Sequence record: DRR378314_1695
Direction: 5' to 3' (one strand)
Length of the DNA: 64,000 bases
In this document: positions 40,141 through 50,745 of the stretch, piece by piece
Layout of the letters: each line of letters starts with the position of its first letter
How positions within the stretch are numbered: position 1 is the first letter of the stretch
Made by a program: the position numbers and the translations under genes
Notes under the pieces: generated by a model
What the model saw: only the letters and a program-made list of their open reading frames with translations
What the model was told of the DNA's origin: nothing
Database searches by the model: none

Positions 40141-42871
40141 ATTCGTTTATATTTATGGGCAGTTTTAGACTGAAGGTGCTTCCTTTCCCCAATTTACTTT
40201 TAAACCCTACAGTTCCGCTTAGAAGCCCCGTATACTGTTTTACTATATTAAGACCAAGTCCGGTCCCTTGGAAATTGGTGGCATTTTCCGCACGGTAAAA
40301 TCGCTCGAACAACTTTTTCTGATTTGCCTTAGGGATGCCGATTCCTTGATCCTTAACATGGATAAATAGCTCTTTATCATTAGCATCAACTTCCAATCCA
40401 ATAATTTGTCCTTCCATGGAATACTTAATGGCATTAGAAAGTAGATTAATAATAATATGGTTCAACAATTTGGGGTCAAGACAAACCGATATAGAGGGTT
40501 GGGAATAGTTTAAAACAATGTCCTGACCCTCTTTTTTGTTTGGTTCCATCTCATCGACCAACATTTTTAAGAATTGTATCAACTCAAAAAACTGTGGTTT
40601 CACAGATACCTTACCCTCTTCCAACTTGCTTAAGGATAGAAAATCGTTAAGAATAACAACAAGATCCCTCACATTGGTCCTAATCCTGGAGACATGCTTC
40701 ATCCTCCTATCCTCCTTACCTGGCTCATTCTGTTTTCCTATCAGTATAGCCGAAGAAAGAATAGCACTCAAAGGTGTGCGGAATTCATGGGATGCTATCG
40801 TAATAAAACGGGATTTTAACTCATTTAGTTCCTTTTCCACCATTATTGTCCTTTCAAGTTTATGCTGTACCTCTTTCTGCTCGGTAACATTGTTATAAAC
40901 GAACAAGGCCCACATTATTTTCTTTTCATCAGAATAGAGCGGTGTAGAATTAACAGCATAGCATTGATCGTGAAAATCTACTTCAAAAGAAATATTGCCC
41001 CCCCTCAGAGTTTTTCGAATATCCGATTTTATTTTTTTGATCTGTATTTTTGAAAAAACAGGGATATCATCTATTGGAATTCCTTCAAAATCCGACTTTT
41101 TAATGTTGATTCGGTCCATTTCCTCCCCTTCCACATAAACCAATTCATAATCGGAATTAAATACCATGATGACCCCATTGGGAAAATTATGTGCAATAGC
41201 AGTAAACAAGGCCCTACTGAGATTTGCCTTCCTTTGAGCTCTTTGGGTCTCGATCATTTGATCTTCCAGATTTAAATTGGTCGATACCAGTTTTTCTACC
41301 GTAGTTTGAACTTCCCTAGTCCGTTCTTCAACTTTGTCTTCCAATACATGGGCATATTCCTCCAGTTTTCTCTTGGCATCCTGAATTTCGGTAACATCGT
41401 TCAGGACCCCAATGAAATGAGTCAGTTTCTGATCTTGATCATATAGGGGCGTAATAAACAAATCGTTCCAAAAAAGAATGCCGTCCTTACTGTAATTCCG
41501 AATCAATACCCGGCAGGAACTACCGTGGTCAATGGCTTTGGACATAAAGGCAATTTCGGGCTGGTTACGATCGCCGTTCTGCAAGAATCTGCAATTTCTC
41601 CCCAGAACTTCATTGGCCCCATATCCGGTAATTCGGGTAAAGGCCTTATTAGAATATATAATGGGAAGATCGGGATGCTGGGCATCCACAATAATAATAC
41701 CGTTGCCTACGGCTTCCAAGGCCCTGTTTCTAATTTTTAAGGTTTCTTGGGTCAACTTGGTTTCCGTAATATCCAGTCCAGAACTTACGACCGCTATAAT
41801 TTCATTGTTTCCATTCCTCAAGGCAGCATTGCTCCATTGAATTAGGTGCTCTTGCCCTCCTTTGGCAACAATAGGGTTTTCATGAAAGTTGGGCAGATCT
41901 AATTTATCTTCAAAAATAGATTCAAAAAGTTGGATCAATTGGTTTTGCTTCCTTTTAGGTATAAATTCCTTAAACCAGTTTTTATTCAAAATAGCATCTT
42001 GTTCAATTCCCAATATTTCACTGGTCCTTTTATTGACAAGTTGAACAGTATGGTCCTTATTGATCACTAGAAACATGGAAGGCGAAGTGTCCATATATTG
42101 GCGGAGCAATTTTTTTTCCATCACTAGGGCGTGTTCTGTAGTCTTCAACTCTGTATAATCCTGCATAAAGCCTTCCCGTCTATAAGGAATATCATTTTCA
42201 TCCATAATACAGGAACCGTGCTCCCATATCCATTTTATTTCCTTTTTTGAGGTAATTATCCTATACCGAAGCTGGTACGATCCTTTTTCCATTACGGCCC
42301 TGTCAAGTTCAGACTCAACCTGTGGCAAATCCTCTGGGTGAATTAAATTTCCCCAATTAAGTTTAGAGTTACCATAAAACTGATCAGGGGCATATCCACT
42401 AATAGTTTTGGAAGCCTCGCTAATGAATTCCATGGACCATGGCTTGGCAATACTACAACTGTATACAATTCCGGCAACATTGGTGACCAAAGTTCTGAAC
42501 TTCCTGTCGCTTTCAAACACCGGGTTATCCGCTCGCTTGCAGTAGATCACTTTTAGGCTTTGGCCTTTTAGTACGGTTGGTACGATCCTAATATCGATAG
42601 GAAATTTAACCCCGTTCTTTTCCCGACCATAAAACTGATTGGGCCCTACTACAATCTCATTCATTTCCGCCGCAAGGGCATTAATCTTCCAGTCAGGAAT
42701 AATCAAATGGATATCCTGCTGTAGCAACTCACCCTCAACATAACCGAACATTTGTTCTGCCGACTTGTTGGCGGTGAGAACAAATCCATTTTGGTCTACC
42801 ACAATAAGTCCGGCTAAGGAAGATTCAAAAATGGATTGAAAAAGATCGCTATTTGTTATTTTTTCATTCAT
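40118..42871 (-). CDS. Multi-PAS sensor histidine kinase containing a LOV domain
   Basis: Several PAS domains; GRNCRFLQ at 41579-41602; H-box SHEFRTPL, NLLSNAIKYS, DQGIG, GTGLGL; start ATG 42871. Confidence 0.92.
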   Translation of the reverse strand: MNEKITNSDLFQSIFESSLAGLIVVDQNGFVLTANKSAEQMFGYVEGELLQQDIHLIIPDWKINALAAEMNEIVVGPNQFYGREKNGVKFPIDIRIVPTVLKGQSLKVIYCKRADNPVFESDRKFRTLVTNVAGIVYSCSIAKPWSMEFISEASKTISGYAPDQFYGNSKLNWGNLIHPEDLPQVESELDRAVMEKGSYQLRYRIITSKKEIKWIWEHGSCIMDENDIPYRREGFMQDYTELKTTEHALVMEKKLLRQYMDTSPSMFLVINKDHTVQLVNKRTSEILGIEQDAILNKNWFKEFIPKRKQNQLIQLFESIFEDKLDLPNFHENPIVAKGGQEHLIQWSNAALRNGNNEIIAVVSSGLDITETKLTQETLKIRNRALEAVGNGIIIVDAQHPDLPIIYSNKAFTRITGYGANEVLGRNCRFLQNGDRNQPEIAFMSKAIDHGSSCRVLIRNYSKDGILFWNDLFITPLYDQDQKLTHFIGVLNDVTEIQDAKRKLEEYAHVLEDKVEERTREVQTTVEKLVSTNLNLEDQMIETQRAQRKANLSRALFTAIAHNFPNGVIMVFNSDYELVYVEGEEMDRINIKKSDFEGIPIDDIPVFSKIQIKKIKSDIRKTLRGGNISFEVDFHDQCYAVNSTPLYSDEKKIMWALFVYNNVTEQKEVQHKLERTIMVEKELNELKSRFITIASHEFRTPLSAILSSAILIGKQNEPGKEDRRMKHVSRIRTNVRDLVVILNDFLSLSKLEEGKVSVKPQFFELIQFLKMLVDEMEPNKKEGQDIVLNYSQPSISVCLDPKLLNHIIINLLSNAIKYSMEGQIIGLEVDANDKELFIHVKDQGIGIPKANQKKLFERFYRAENATNFQGTGLGLNIVKQYTGLLSGTVGFKSKLGKGSTFSLKLPININEYEKDSIN

Positions 42872-42996
42872 TGCCCTTTTACTGATTTTCACTTTATGGT
42901 CTTGGCCGCACCAACAAGGACGGACCGCTAAGGAGTTTTGTTGAATACACACTATCCATGGAGGCCTGTATTCCAATAATTTAGTACTCAGTTACA

Positions 42997-43039
42997 CAAA
43001 TGTATTGTTCACTATAGCCGAAAGAAATGATATCCGTCA
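42997..43039 (-). promoter_or_regulatory. Crp/Fnr-type box plus -7 element driving the LOV kinase-regulator operon
   Basis: TGATATCCGTCA at 43028-43039; TACATTTG on the minus strand (43004-42997). Confidence 0.85.
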
Positions 43040-43065
43040 TAAGCTGTATCTGGATCGTAAAAACC

Positions 43066-43108
43066 TGATAACGGTCATATGTGCATTTCTTTATATGGAA
43101 TAATTTTG
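43066..43108 (+). promoter_or_regulatory. Crp/Fnr-type box plus -7 element (patatin)
   Basis: TGATAACGGTCA at 43066-43077; TAATTTTG at 43101-43108. Confidence 0.85.
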
Positions 43109-43132
43109 ATTCAAATTCTAAATAAAGGGATT

Positions 43133-43972
43133 ATGACAACAGGCTTGGTCCTTTCTGGCGGTGGTATACGGGGTGTTGCCCATATAGGGGCCATAAAGGC
43201 ATTGGAGGAATACGGTATTTATCCTACCCATATTGCTGGCACCAGCGCAGGGGCCATTGTTGGAGCCTTGTACGCTGCCGGCTGTAATTGGGAAGAAATG
43301 TTGGATTTTTTTAAGTCCACAGAAATCTTCAGTCTTACCAATTATGCTATGGGAAAACCTGGCTTTTTGGATACAGAAAAATTCCATGATCAATTAAAGG
43401 CCTACATATCCCATGATACTTTCGAATCTTTGGGGAAGCAACTTTATGTAACGGCTACCAACCTACTTGATGGCACTTTGAATGTTTTTAGTGAAGGTGA
43501 ACTAATAAAACCCGTATTAGCTTCGGCAGCTGTTCCTGGACTATTTGCCCCTGTAGAGATTAATAAAGGATATTACGTAGACGGCGGCACTTTGAATAAT
43601 TTTCCTGTAGACCTTATAAAAAAGTATTGCGATCAGATTGTGGGGGTCTATGTAAATCCGTTCAACCATGTAAGCATCAAGGAACTAAACCATGTGAACA
43701 AGGTTTTGGAAAGGGCCTATCATGTTATGGTGGCCAATGAAACCACCAAGAAATTTAAAGACTGTGATATATTGATTCGTCCGGCCAACATGGATCGTTT
43801 TGGTATGTTTACCTTAAAAAATTTAGATATTATTCTAGATTTGGGTTATAATGCAACTATGAACGCACTGAAGAACAGTGACCTTGCCTCAGAATTGTTA
43901 TCAGCAGCAGAATTGGAAGCTATGAATGGTTTTTCCATGGATCCTTCCATTATTGGCAATCCACAGGATTAA
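43133..43972 (+). CDS. Patatin-like phospholipase (RssA type)
   Basis: GGGIRG, GTSAG nucleophile elbow, DGG; start ATG 43133. Confidence 0.92.
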   Translation: MTTGLVLSGGGIRGVAHIGAIKALEEYGIYPTHIAGTSAGAIVGALYAAGCNWEEMLDFFKSTEIFSLTNYAMGKPGFLDTEKFHDQLKAYISHDTFESLGKQLYVTATNLLDGTLNVFSEGELIKPVLASAAVPGLFAPVEINKGYYVDGGTLNNFPVDLIKKYCDQIVGVYVNPFNHVSIKELNHVNKVLERAYHVMVANETTKKFKDCDILIRPANMDRFGMFTLKNLDIILDLGYNATMNALKNSDLASELLSAAELEAMNGFSMDPSIIGNPQD

Positions 43973-44112
43973 ACTTTCTTGAATATCTTTTAATACCTTT
44001 AATTTTGAATTTTAGATATTGGATATTTACCCAGAGGAACGCTTAATTAAGGAATTTTATATTCTAACTTGGCATTAATATTTCAGGGTAGACCTCTTAT
44101 GAGGCAATAAAA

Positions 44113-44179
44113 AGCAAAAGCCTTCCCGTCTTAACCACCCACACGGACATATTTTGGGTTTTGACGGGAAGGCATTGCT
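44113..44179 (-). terminator. Long-loop hairpin terminator after hsp20
   Basis: GCCTTCCCGTC (44120-44130) pairs with GACGGGAAGGC (44163-44173); T-rich tail on the minus strand. Confidence 0.6.
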
Positions 44180-44202
44180 ACTAACAAATAACCAACCAAT
44201 AA

Positions 44203-44667
44203 CTATCCAATTTGTACTTTTTTTGGAGGTGCTTTTTTAGCTTCCTCTTTCTTAGCTAGATTAAAGCTAAGGATACCGTCCTTGTAGGCGGCCTTAATTT
44301 CTTCCTGTTTAACATTCTCCGGTAGTTGCAACGATCGCTCAAAGGAATTATAGCTAAACTCCCTGCGTGTAAATTTGTCTTCCTTTTCCTCTTTGGATTG
44401 CGACTTCTCAGCAGCAATATTTAAGCATCCATCATCAATGGTTACCTCAAAATCCTTTTTTTGAAATCCAGGAGCCGCCAGCTCTATCTCAAAATGGTCA
44501 CCGGTTTCCTTGATGTTCAAGGCTGGCTCCGATCTTTTCCCATTCCAGAAACTGTCAGGTAGCATGTCCCTTACCCAAGCGCGATTATCAAAAAAATCGT
44601 CCATGTCAAAAAAATCTTGGCTCATTAAACTGCCGAATGGTCTCCTTTTAAATTTTACTAGTGACAT
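44203..44667 (-). CDS. Hsp20 / alpha-crystallin small heat-shock protein
   Basis: PALNIKE, LAAPG, RREFSYNSFERSLQLP, AAYKDGIL. Confidence 0.95.
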   Translation of the reverse strand: MSLVKFKRRPFGSLMSQDFFDMDDFFDNRAWVRDMLPDSFWNGKRSEPALNIKETGDHFEIELAAPGFQKKDFEVTIDDGCLNIAAEKSQSKEEKEDKFTRREFSYNSFERSLQLPENVKQEEIKAAYKDGILSFNLAKKEEAKKAPPKKVQIG

Positions 44668-44705
44668 ATTATTTTGTTTTTAAGGGTTATACTTCATTGT
44701 TACAC

Positions 44706-44779
44706 CCAAAGTACATCCAATTACCTATGTACAAAATGATTTAGGTCAGTCACACAAAATTTCTTTACATTTATTTTTA
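44706..44779. promoter_or_regulatory. Single Crp/Fnr-type box centred between divergent promoters (hsp20 / P-type ATPase)
   Basis: TGATTTAGGTCA at 44737-44748; TACTTTGG (minus) and TATTTTTA (plus), each 23 nt away. Confidence 0.8.
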
Positions 44780-44887
44780 CCGTATCAAATCACTGTAACA
44801 AAACTGCGCTAACCATATCCGAATTTGAATGAATGCGAAAGTTGGATTGTAATGTCTTGTTATACACATTTTAGTTAATTTAGACAT

Positions 44888-47389
44888 ATGATCAATCCAA
44901 TCGATTTTGGCATTAAAGGGCTGTCCGATGAAGCCGTAAAACATTCTAGAAAAAAACATGGTGAAAATAGCCTAAGCTATAAAAGGGACAATAGCTTTTT
45001 GGACGCTTTAAAAAGTATTGCCCAGGAGCCGATGGTCATCCTATTGATGGTGGCCTCTTCAATCTATTTTATATCAGGAAATAATGGTGATGGAATATTT
45101 ATGGTCGCTGCCATTATCCTTGTAGCCTCAATATCCCTTTATCAGGATTCCAAAAGTAGGATGGCCTTGGAAAAATTAAAAAGTCTTACCCAACCCAATA
45201 GCCAGGTCATTAGGAACGGAGAAGTCGTAGAAATACCCAGTGAGGAGTTGGTAGTTGGTGACAGTCTGATGGTTGAGGAAGGCAACACCATTCCTGCCGA
45301 TGGGACCATTGTTCATTCCAACGATTTTTCCGTAAACGAATCCATACTTACGGGAGAATCCCTTTCCGTTTTTAAGGATGCATCAAAATTGGACAATAAG
45401 ATATTTGGTGGCACTACAGTAGCCAGTGGCCTGGCGATCGCCACCATAACAGAAATTGGCAACAGCACCCAGTTGGGTAAAATTGGAAAAAGTCTTGAAG
45501 GTATCCAAGAGGAAAAGACCCCCCTGGAAAAACAGATTTCCAATTTCGTAAAACATATGTCCATTTGGGGCGGGATCATTTTTCTATTGGTCTGGGGAAT
45601 CAATTACCTTCAATCACGGGAGGTATTGGAGAGTTTGCTAAAAGCCTTAACCTTGGCCATGAGTGTTCTGCCAGAAGAAATACCAGTGGCCTTTACCACT
45701 TTTATGGCCTTAGGTGCCTATAGGTTGATGAAAATGGGCATTGTTGTAAAACAAATGAAAACCGTAGAATCCCTAGGAAGTGCTACCGTAATCTGTGCGG
45801 ACAAAACGGGCACCATAACCCAGAACAAGATGGAACTTGCCAAGCTCTTTACCTTGGATACGGGAGAGGTAGTTTCTGTAGATGCCCCAATGAATGATTC
45901 TCAAAAAGAATTGGTCACCATAGCGATGTGGGCCAGCGAACCAATACCTTTCGATCCTATGGAAAAGGCTTTGCATGAGGCCTATGGCAGAATTGCCCCT
46001 ATAGACCAGCGGCCCCATTATAAAATGATACATGAGTATCCGCTAAGCGGAAAACCGCCTATGATGACCCATTTGTTCGAAAATAGTGAAGGTAACCGTA
46101 TCATTGCAGCTAAAGGGGCTCCGGAAGCCCTTTTGGCAACTTCCACGCTAACAGATGCCCAAAAAGAACAGATAAAGGATGTTTTAACCAGTTTGGGCCG
46201 GGAAGGATACCGAATGTTGGGTGTGGGACAAGCCATTTTTAAAGGGTCCTACTTTCCGGAAAAACAACAGGATTTTCAATTTGATTTCAAGGGATTAGTG
46301 GCTTTTTATGACCCTCCAAAAGATAACATTCGCGAGGTGCTTAAAGATTTTGAAAAGGCCGGAATACAGGTAAAATTGGTTACAGGAGATAATCCCGCCA
46401 CTTCCATGGCCATTGCCAAACAAATTGAATTTCCTGGTTATGAAAAAAGCATGACCGGGGAGGAATTAATGCAATTAGGGGATGCAGAATTACAACAAAA
46501 GGTAATTTCCACCCAGGTCTTTACACGTATGTTTCCAGAAGCCAAACTAAGAATTGTAAACGCCATTAAGGCTAATAACGAAGTAGTGGCCATGACAGGT
46601 GATGGGGTCAACGACGGACCTGCGCTCAAGGCATCGCATATCGGTATTGCCATGGGAAAAAAAGGAACTGAGATTGCCAAGCAGGCCGCCTCCTTGATCT
46701 TGGTAGACGATGACCTTTCCAAAATGGTAGATGCCATTGCGATGGGCAGAAAGATTTATGGCAATTTAAAAAAGGCTATCCAGTATATCATATCCATTCA
46801 TATCCCCATCATATTAACGGTATTTATCCCCTTGGCATTGGGCTGGGCCTATCCCGCCATATTTTCACCCTCCCATGTTATATTGTTGGAATTGATCATG
46901 GGCCCCACCTGCTCCATTATTTATGAGAACGAGCCGATGGAGAAAAATACGATGATCCAAAAACCAAGGCCATTTACAACAACTTTTTTTAAGTTCAAGG
47001 AATTGGTAACCAGTATCATTCAGGGGCTGGTAATCACCCTGGGATCTTTATCGGTATACCAATACGCAGTTTTTGAAGGATATAACGAATCCGTAACAAG
47101 AACTATGGTGTTTATGGTCTTGATATCTTCCAATATTTTTCTGACCCTGGTAAACCGCTCTTTCTATTATTCCATTTGGACCACTTTAAAATATAAAAAC
47201 AACTTGGTGCCATTGATTATAGGGATTACTTTGATCCTCTCTGCACTGTTGCTCTTTGTGCCCCCATTGACAAGATTTTTTCAATTTGAAACCTTGAACA
47301 CAAATCAGCTGGGTATTGCTGTTCTTGCCGGTATGATTTCCGTACTCTGGTATGAAATTGTGAAAGGGATAAAACGGGCCAAGGGGTAA
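44888..47389 (+). CDS. Cation-translocating P-type ATPase (type II-like)
   Basis: TGES, PEEIP, DKTGT, KGAPE, TGDN, GDGVND. Confidence 0.93.
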   Translation: MINPIDFGIKGLSDEAVKHSRKKHGENSLSYKRDNSFLDALKSIAQEPMVILLMVASSIYFISGNNGDGIFMVAAIILVASISLYQDSKSRMALEKLKSLTQPNSQVIRNGEVVEIPSEELVVGDSLMVEEGNTIPADGTIVHSNDFSVNESILTGESLSVFKDASKLDNKIFGGTTVASGLAIATITEIGNSTQLGKIGKSLEGIQEEKTPLEKQISNFVKHMSIWGGIIFLLVWGINYLQSREVLESLLKALTLAMSVLPEEIPVAFTTFMALGAYRLMKMGIVVKQMKTVESLGSATVICADKTGTITQNKMELAKLFTLDTGEVVSVDAPMNDSQKELVTIAMWASEPIPFDPMEKALHEAYGRIAPIDQRPHYKMIHEYPLSGKPPMMTHLFENSEGNRIIAAKGAPEALLATSTLTDAQKEQIKDVLTSLGREGYRMLGVGQAIFKGSYFPEKQQDFQFDFKGLVAFYDPPKDNIREVLKDFEKAGIQVKLVTGDNPATSMAIAKQIEFPGYEKSMTGEELMQLGDAELQQKVISTQVFTRMFPEAKLRIVNAIKANNEVVAMTGDGVNDGPALKASHIGIAMGKKGTEIAKQAASLILVDDDLSKMVDAIAMGRKIYGNLKKAIQYIISIHIPIILTVFIPLALGWAYPAIFSPSHVILLELIMGPTCSIIYENEPMEKNTMIQKPRPFTTTFFKFKELVTSIIQGLVITLGSLSVYQYAVFEGYNESVTRTMVFMVLISSNIFLTLVNRSFYYSIWTTLKYKNNLVPLIIGITLILSALLLFVPPLTRFFQFETLNTNQLGIAVLAGMISVLWYEIVKGIKRAKG

Positions 47390-47426
47390 TTTAAATAATA
47401 CTAGGGATTTACAGCTAGTAAAATAG

Positions 47427-48080
47427 CTAAAGTTTAACCCCAAAAGCCAAATCCCCTGCATCCCCTATTCCAGGAACAATATAGCCTTTGCTATTTAATT
47501 GGGTATCAATGGCTGCTATCCACAATTGGGTATTCTTTGGAAAAACTGTCTTAATATGGTCTATCCCGGATTGGGAACCAATTACCGATAAAATATGGAT
47601 CTGCTTGGGCTTGCCATGGTCCTTAAGGGCATTTAAAACATTCTCCAACGTTTTTCCTGTGGCCAGCATTGGATCCGTAAGAATTAAGGTTTTATTTTCC
47701 AAGGATGGGGCGGCAAAGTATTTCACTATAACTTCAAAAGCATCCTCATCTCCACGGTGATGCCTATATGCAGAAATAAAAGCATTTTCCGCATTGTCGA
47801 AATAGTTTAACAGACCCTGATGTAATGGGAGTCCGGCACGTAAAACGGAGCACAGCACCAAATCATCAATAGGCATGGACATTTCTTTGGTTCCCAAAGG
47901 GGTTTCGACCGTTTGGTTCCTATAGTCAAGGGTCTTGCTAAGCTCATAGCCCAAAATCTCTCCAATACGTTCAATATTGCGCCTAAAGCGCATGCTATCT
48001 CGTTGAATATTGGCATCCCTTATTTCGGCTACAAATTTATTTAACAGTGAATTCCCTTCCCCTAGACTATGTACTTTCAT
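47427..48080 (-). CDS. upp: Uracil phosphoribosyltransferase
   Basis: SVLRAG, DPMLATG, YIVPGIGDAGD. Confidence 0.95.
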   Translation of the reverse strand: MKVHSLGEGNSLLNKFVAEIRDANIQRDSMRFRRNIERIGEILGYELSKTLDYRNQTVETPLGTKEMSMPIDDLVLCSVLRAGLPLHQGLLNYFDNAENAFISAYRHHRGDEDAFEVIVKYFAAPSLENKTLILTDPMLATGKTLENVLNALKDHGKPKQIHILSVIGSQSGIDHIKTVFPKNTQLWIAAIDTQLNSKGYIVPGIGDAGDLAFGVKL

Positions 48081-48180
48081 TGTTAATCCATTTGGTTTCA
48101 AGATACAGAATTCCCGCTACAAACCCTATAAAATCTTCTGTATCCGCTGCAGGTAATTGCCCTTTTTTTCTTTAAAACTA

Positions 48181-50745
48181 TTATCGCTGCCATAGAATCA
48201 GGTTATTCTCCAAGGGCACCGAAATATTTTCATAGCAGGGAACAATCCGGGCCGTATAATGACTGGCCGGTCTACTGGTCCCAATACACCCATGACACTC
48301 GTGATCCAACCCATTCTTAGCAAGTCCTATGATTTCCATTTTTATAATTTCATTTGCCCCCCCATTAAGGCCTTCGGCAAAGAGCTCCACGGAAATGGTG
48401 TCTGGACTTATGTGGTTCAACCAGACCATTATTTTAAATTGATACCCTCCTGCAATATTTTCGATTTGGGCCTGGATAAAGCGCATTTTCCACCACTTAT
48501 TTTGTAGATCAAGCTTGGTCTCAACTATTTTTTTTCCGAGCATTCCTTTTTTGGAAGATCTTTTTTTGTATTTGTTGGCTGCCGGAAGGTAATATTTCTC
48601 TGTATATTCCCGAACTGCTCGGTTTGCCGAAAACTTCGGGGTTAAGGTAGACATACTATTACGCATTTTTGCTACCCAATTTTCGGGTATCCCATCTTTA
48701 TTTCGACCATAAAATTCCGGTACCACTTTTTGTTCCAACAATTCGTACAATTCATTGGCATCAATAGCATCCCAGTAGGGATCCTCCCCATGTTCATGAC
48801 CATCGCCCATTGCCCAACCTACTTCCGGAGTATAGGCCTCCGCCCACCAACCGTCCAACTCCGATAAATTGATCCCACCATTTACCAAAACCTTCATTCC
48901 ACTTGTACCACAGGCCTCCCAGGGACGCCTAGGAGTATTTATCCAAACATCGACCCCTTGTACAAGATGCTCTGTTAACAACATATCATAATCGCTTAGA
49001 AATACTACGTGCTTATATAAGTTATGTTGTTGAATAAATTGTACCCATTGTCTTATCAATGCCTTTCCAGACTCATCATATGGGGGAGACTTTCCTGCAA
49101 GCACCAATTGCACCGGCCGCTGGGGGTTTGTTAGGATGCGAATAAATCTTTCCGGATCATGTAAAAGTAGGTTTGGCCTTTTATAGGGAACGAATCGCCG
49201 TGCAAAACCCAAGGTCAAAGTTTCCTTGTTAAAAATATGCTTGGCCATTTCCACAATTTCAGGGGAGTGACCGGCATCCTCGGTCTGTCCTTGGAACCTT
49301 TCCCGGATAAAATTTATCATGTGATGCCTGGAATCGTTCCTGAACTGCCATAAAGCAACATCGGACAAGCAGTAAATGTCTTGCTCAACAGATTCCAAAC
49401 GACCTCTCCAGCGTTCCTTTCCGCAGGAATGAGTCCAGATCTTATCTGCGAATACCGAATCCCAGCTGGGCATGTGAACTCCGTTGGTAACATGTCCTAT
49501 AGGCACTTCGCTGTTAGGCCACCTTTTAAATAAATTTCCAAAAAGTTTTCGACTTACCTCCCTGTGAAGCCTACTTACCCCATTCACTGCACTACTGCCA
49601 TGAATGGCCAGATAGGCCATGTTAAAAAACTGGGATAAATTATGTGGGTCCTCCCTACCCAATGCCAAAAGATCATTAAAATCTAAATGTAATTCCTCTT
49701 TGGCATAATTGGCAAAAAACTGCCACATTAAGGACGGACTAAAATTATCAAATCCGGCCGCCACGGCAGTATGGGTGGTAAACAAATTTCCTGCACGGGT
49801 AACTGTCAAGGCCTCCTGAAAGGTAACACCATTCTCCCGCATAAAATTGGCCGCCCTTTCCAGTACAAGAAAGGCAGAGTGACCTTCGTTCATATGGCAC
49901 ACTTCCGGTGCAATATTCATGGCTCGGAGCAATCTCCATCCCCCTATACCTAGAATAATTTCCTGCTGAATACGAAGATCCACCCCGCCACCATATGCTG
50001 CACTGGTAATTCCCCTGTGAAGCGGCATATTAACCGGATCATTACTATCCAACAGGTAAAGTTTCACGCGGCCCACCTGTACCTGCCATGTGCGCAACCA
50101 AACCGTGTGCCCGGATAAGGATATGTTGATCCGCAACCATTCCCCATTGGGCAACCTGAGCGGTGAAATAGGCAATTGCCCGGGATCATTGTACGGAAAA
50201 AGCGCCTGTTGGGTACCAAATTGATCTATCAACTGTCTAAAATATCCCTGTTGGTAAAGTAACCCTACGCCAATAACGGGAATCCCTAAATCACTGGCCG
50301 ATTTTAATTGATCCCCAGCAACATTACCCAAGCCCCCTACATAAATAGGCAGTGCCTCGCTAAGCATAAACTCCATACTGAAATAGGCAATGCAGGTAAG
50401 GGGCGATGATGGATGGCTCCTTTGGAACCAGGCAGGATCGGTACTGGATTTTTCTTTCTGCGTCATCATTTCATCCAACCTTTCCCTAAAAACCTTATCG
50501 GCCATTTGCTTTATCAGTTGGTCCCTTGATACGTTCTGCAAAACTACCCACGGATTATGGGTCTCCATCCATAGTTCGGGATCTAACTGGTACCAGATTT
50601 CATCTACGGCATGGTTCCAGGACCAGCGCAAATCAAGTGCCAACTCCGCAAGCGTGTCCACACCATCAATATCAGTTGGGATAAAACCATAAACCTGATT
50701 GTTTACAAGAGGTTGTCGCGAACTATTTTTTTCTTTTCCTGCCAC
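48181..50745 (-). CDS. glgP: Alpha-glucan (glycogen) phosphorylase, GT35
   Basis: AYFSMEF, GGLG, HMNEGH, FARRFVPYKR, EACGTSGMK (PLP lysine); GTG start. Confidence 0.93.
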   Translation of the reverse strand: MAGKEKNSSRQPLVNNQVYGFIPTDIDGVDTLAELALDLRWSWNHAVDEIWYQLDPELWMETHNPWVVLQNVSRDQLIKQMADKVFRERLDEMMTQKEKSSTDPAWFQRSHPSSPLTCIAYFSMEFMLSEALPIYVGGLGNVAGDQLKSASDLGIPVIGVGLLYQQGYFRQLIDQFGTQQALFPYNDPGQLPISPLRLPNGEWLRINISLSGHTVWLRTWQVQVGRVKLYLLDSNDPVNMPLHRGITSAAYGGGVDLRIQQEIILGIGGWRLLRAMNIAPEVCHMNEGHSAFLVLERAANFMRENGVTFQEALTVTRAGNLFTTHTAVAAGFDNFSPSLMWQFFANYAKEELHLDFNDLLALGREDPHNLSQFFNMAYLAIHGSSAVNGVSRLHREVSRKLFGNLFKRWPNSEVPIGHVTNGVHMPSWDSVFADKIWTHSCGKERWRGRLESVEQDIYCLSDVALWQFRNDSRHHMINFIRERFQGQTEDAGHSPEIVEMAKHIFNKETLTLGFARRFVPYKRPNLLLHDPERFIRILTNPQRPVQLVLAGKSPPYDESGKALIRQWVQFIQQHNLYKHVVFLSDYDMLLTEHLVQGVDVWINTPRRPWEACGTSGMKVLVNGGINLSELDGWWAEAYTPEVGWAMGDGHEHGEDPYWDAIDANELYELLEQKVVPEFYGRNKDGIPENWVAKMRNSMSTLTPKFSANRAVREYTEKYYLPAANKYKKRSSKKGMLGKKIVETKLDLQNKWWKMRFIQAQIENIAGGYQFKIMVWLNHISPDTISVELFAEGLNGGANEIIKMEIIGLAKNGLDHECHGCIGTSRPASHYTARIVPCYENISVPLENNLILWQR

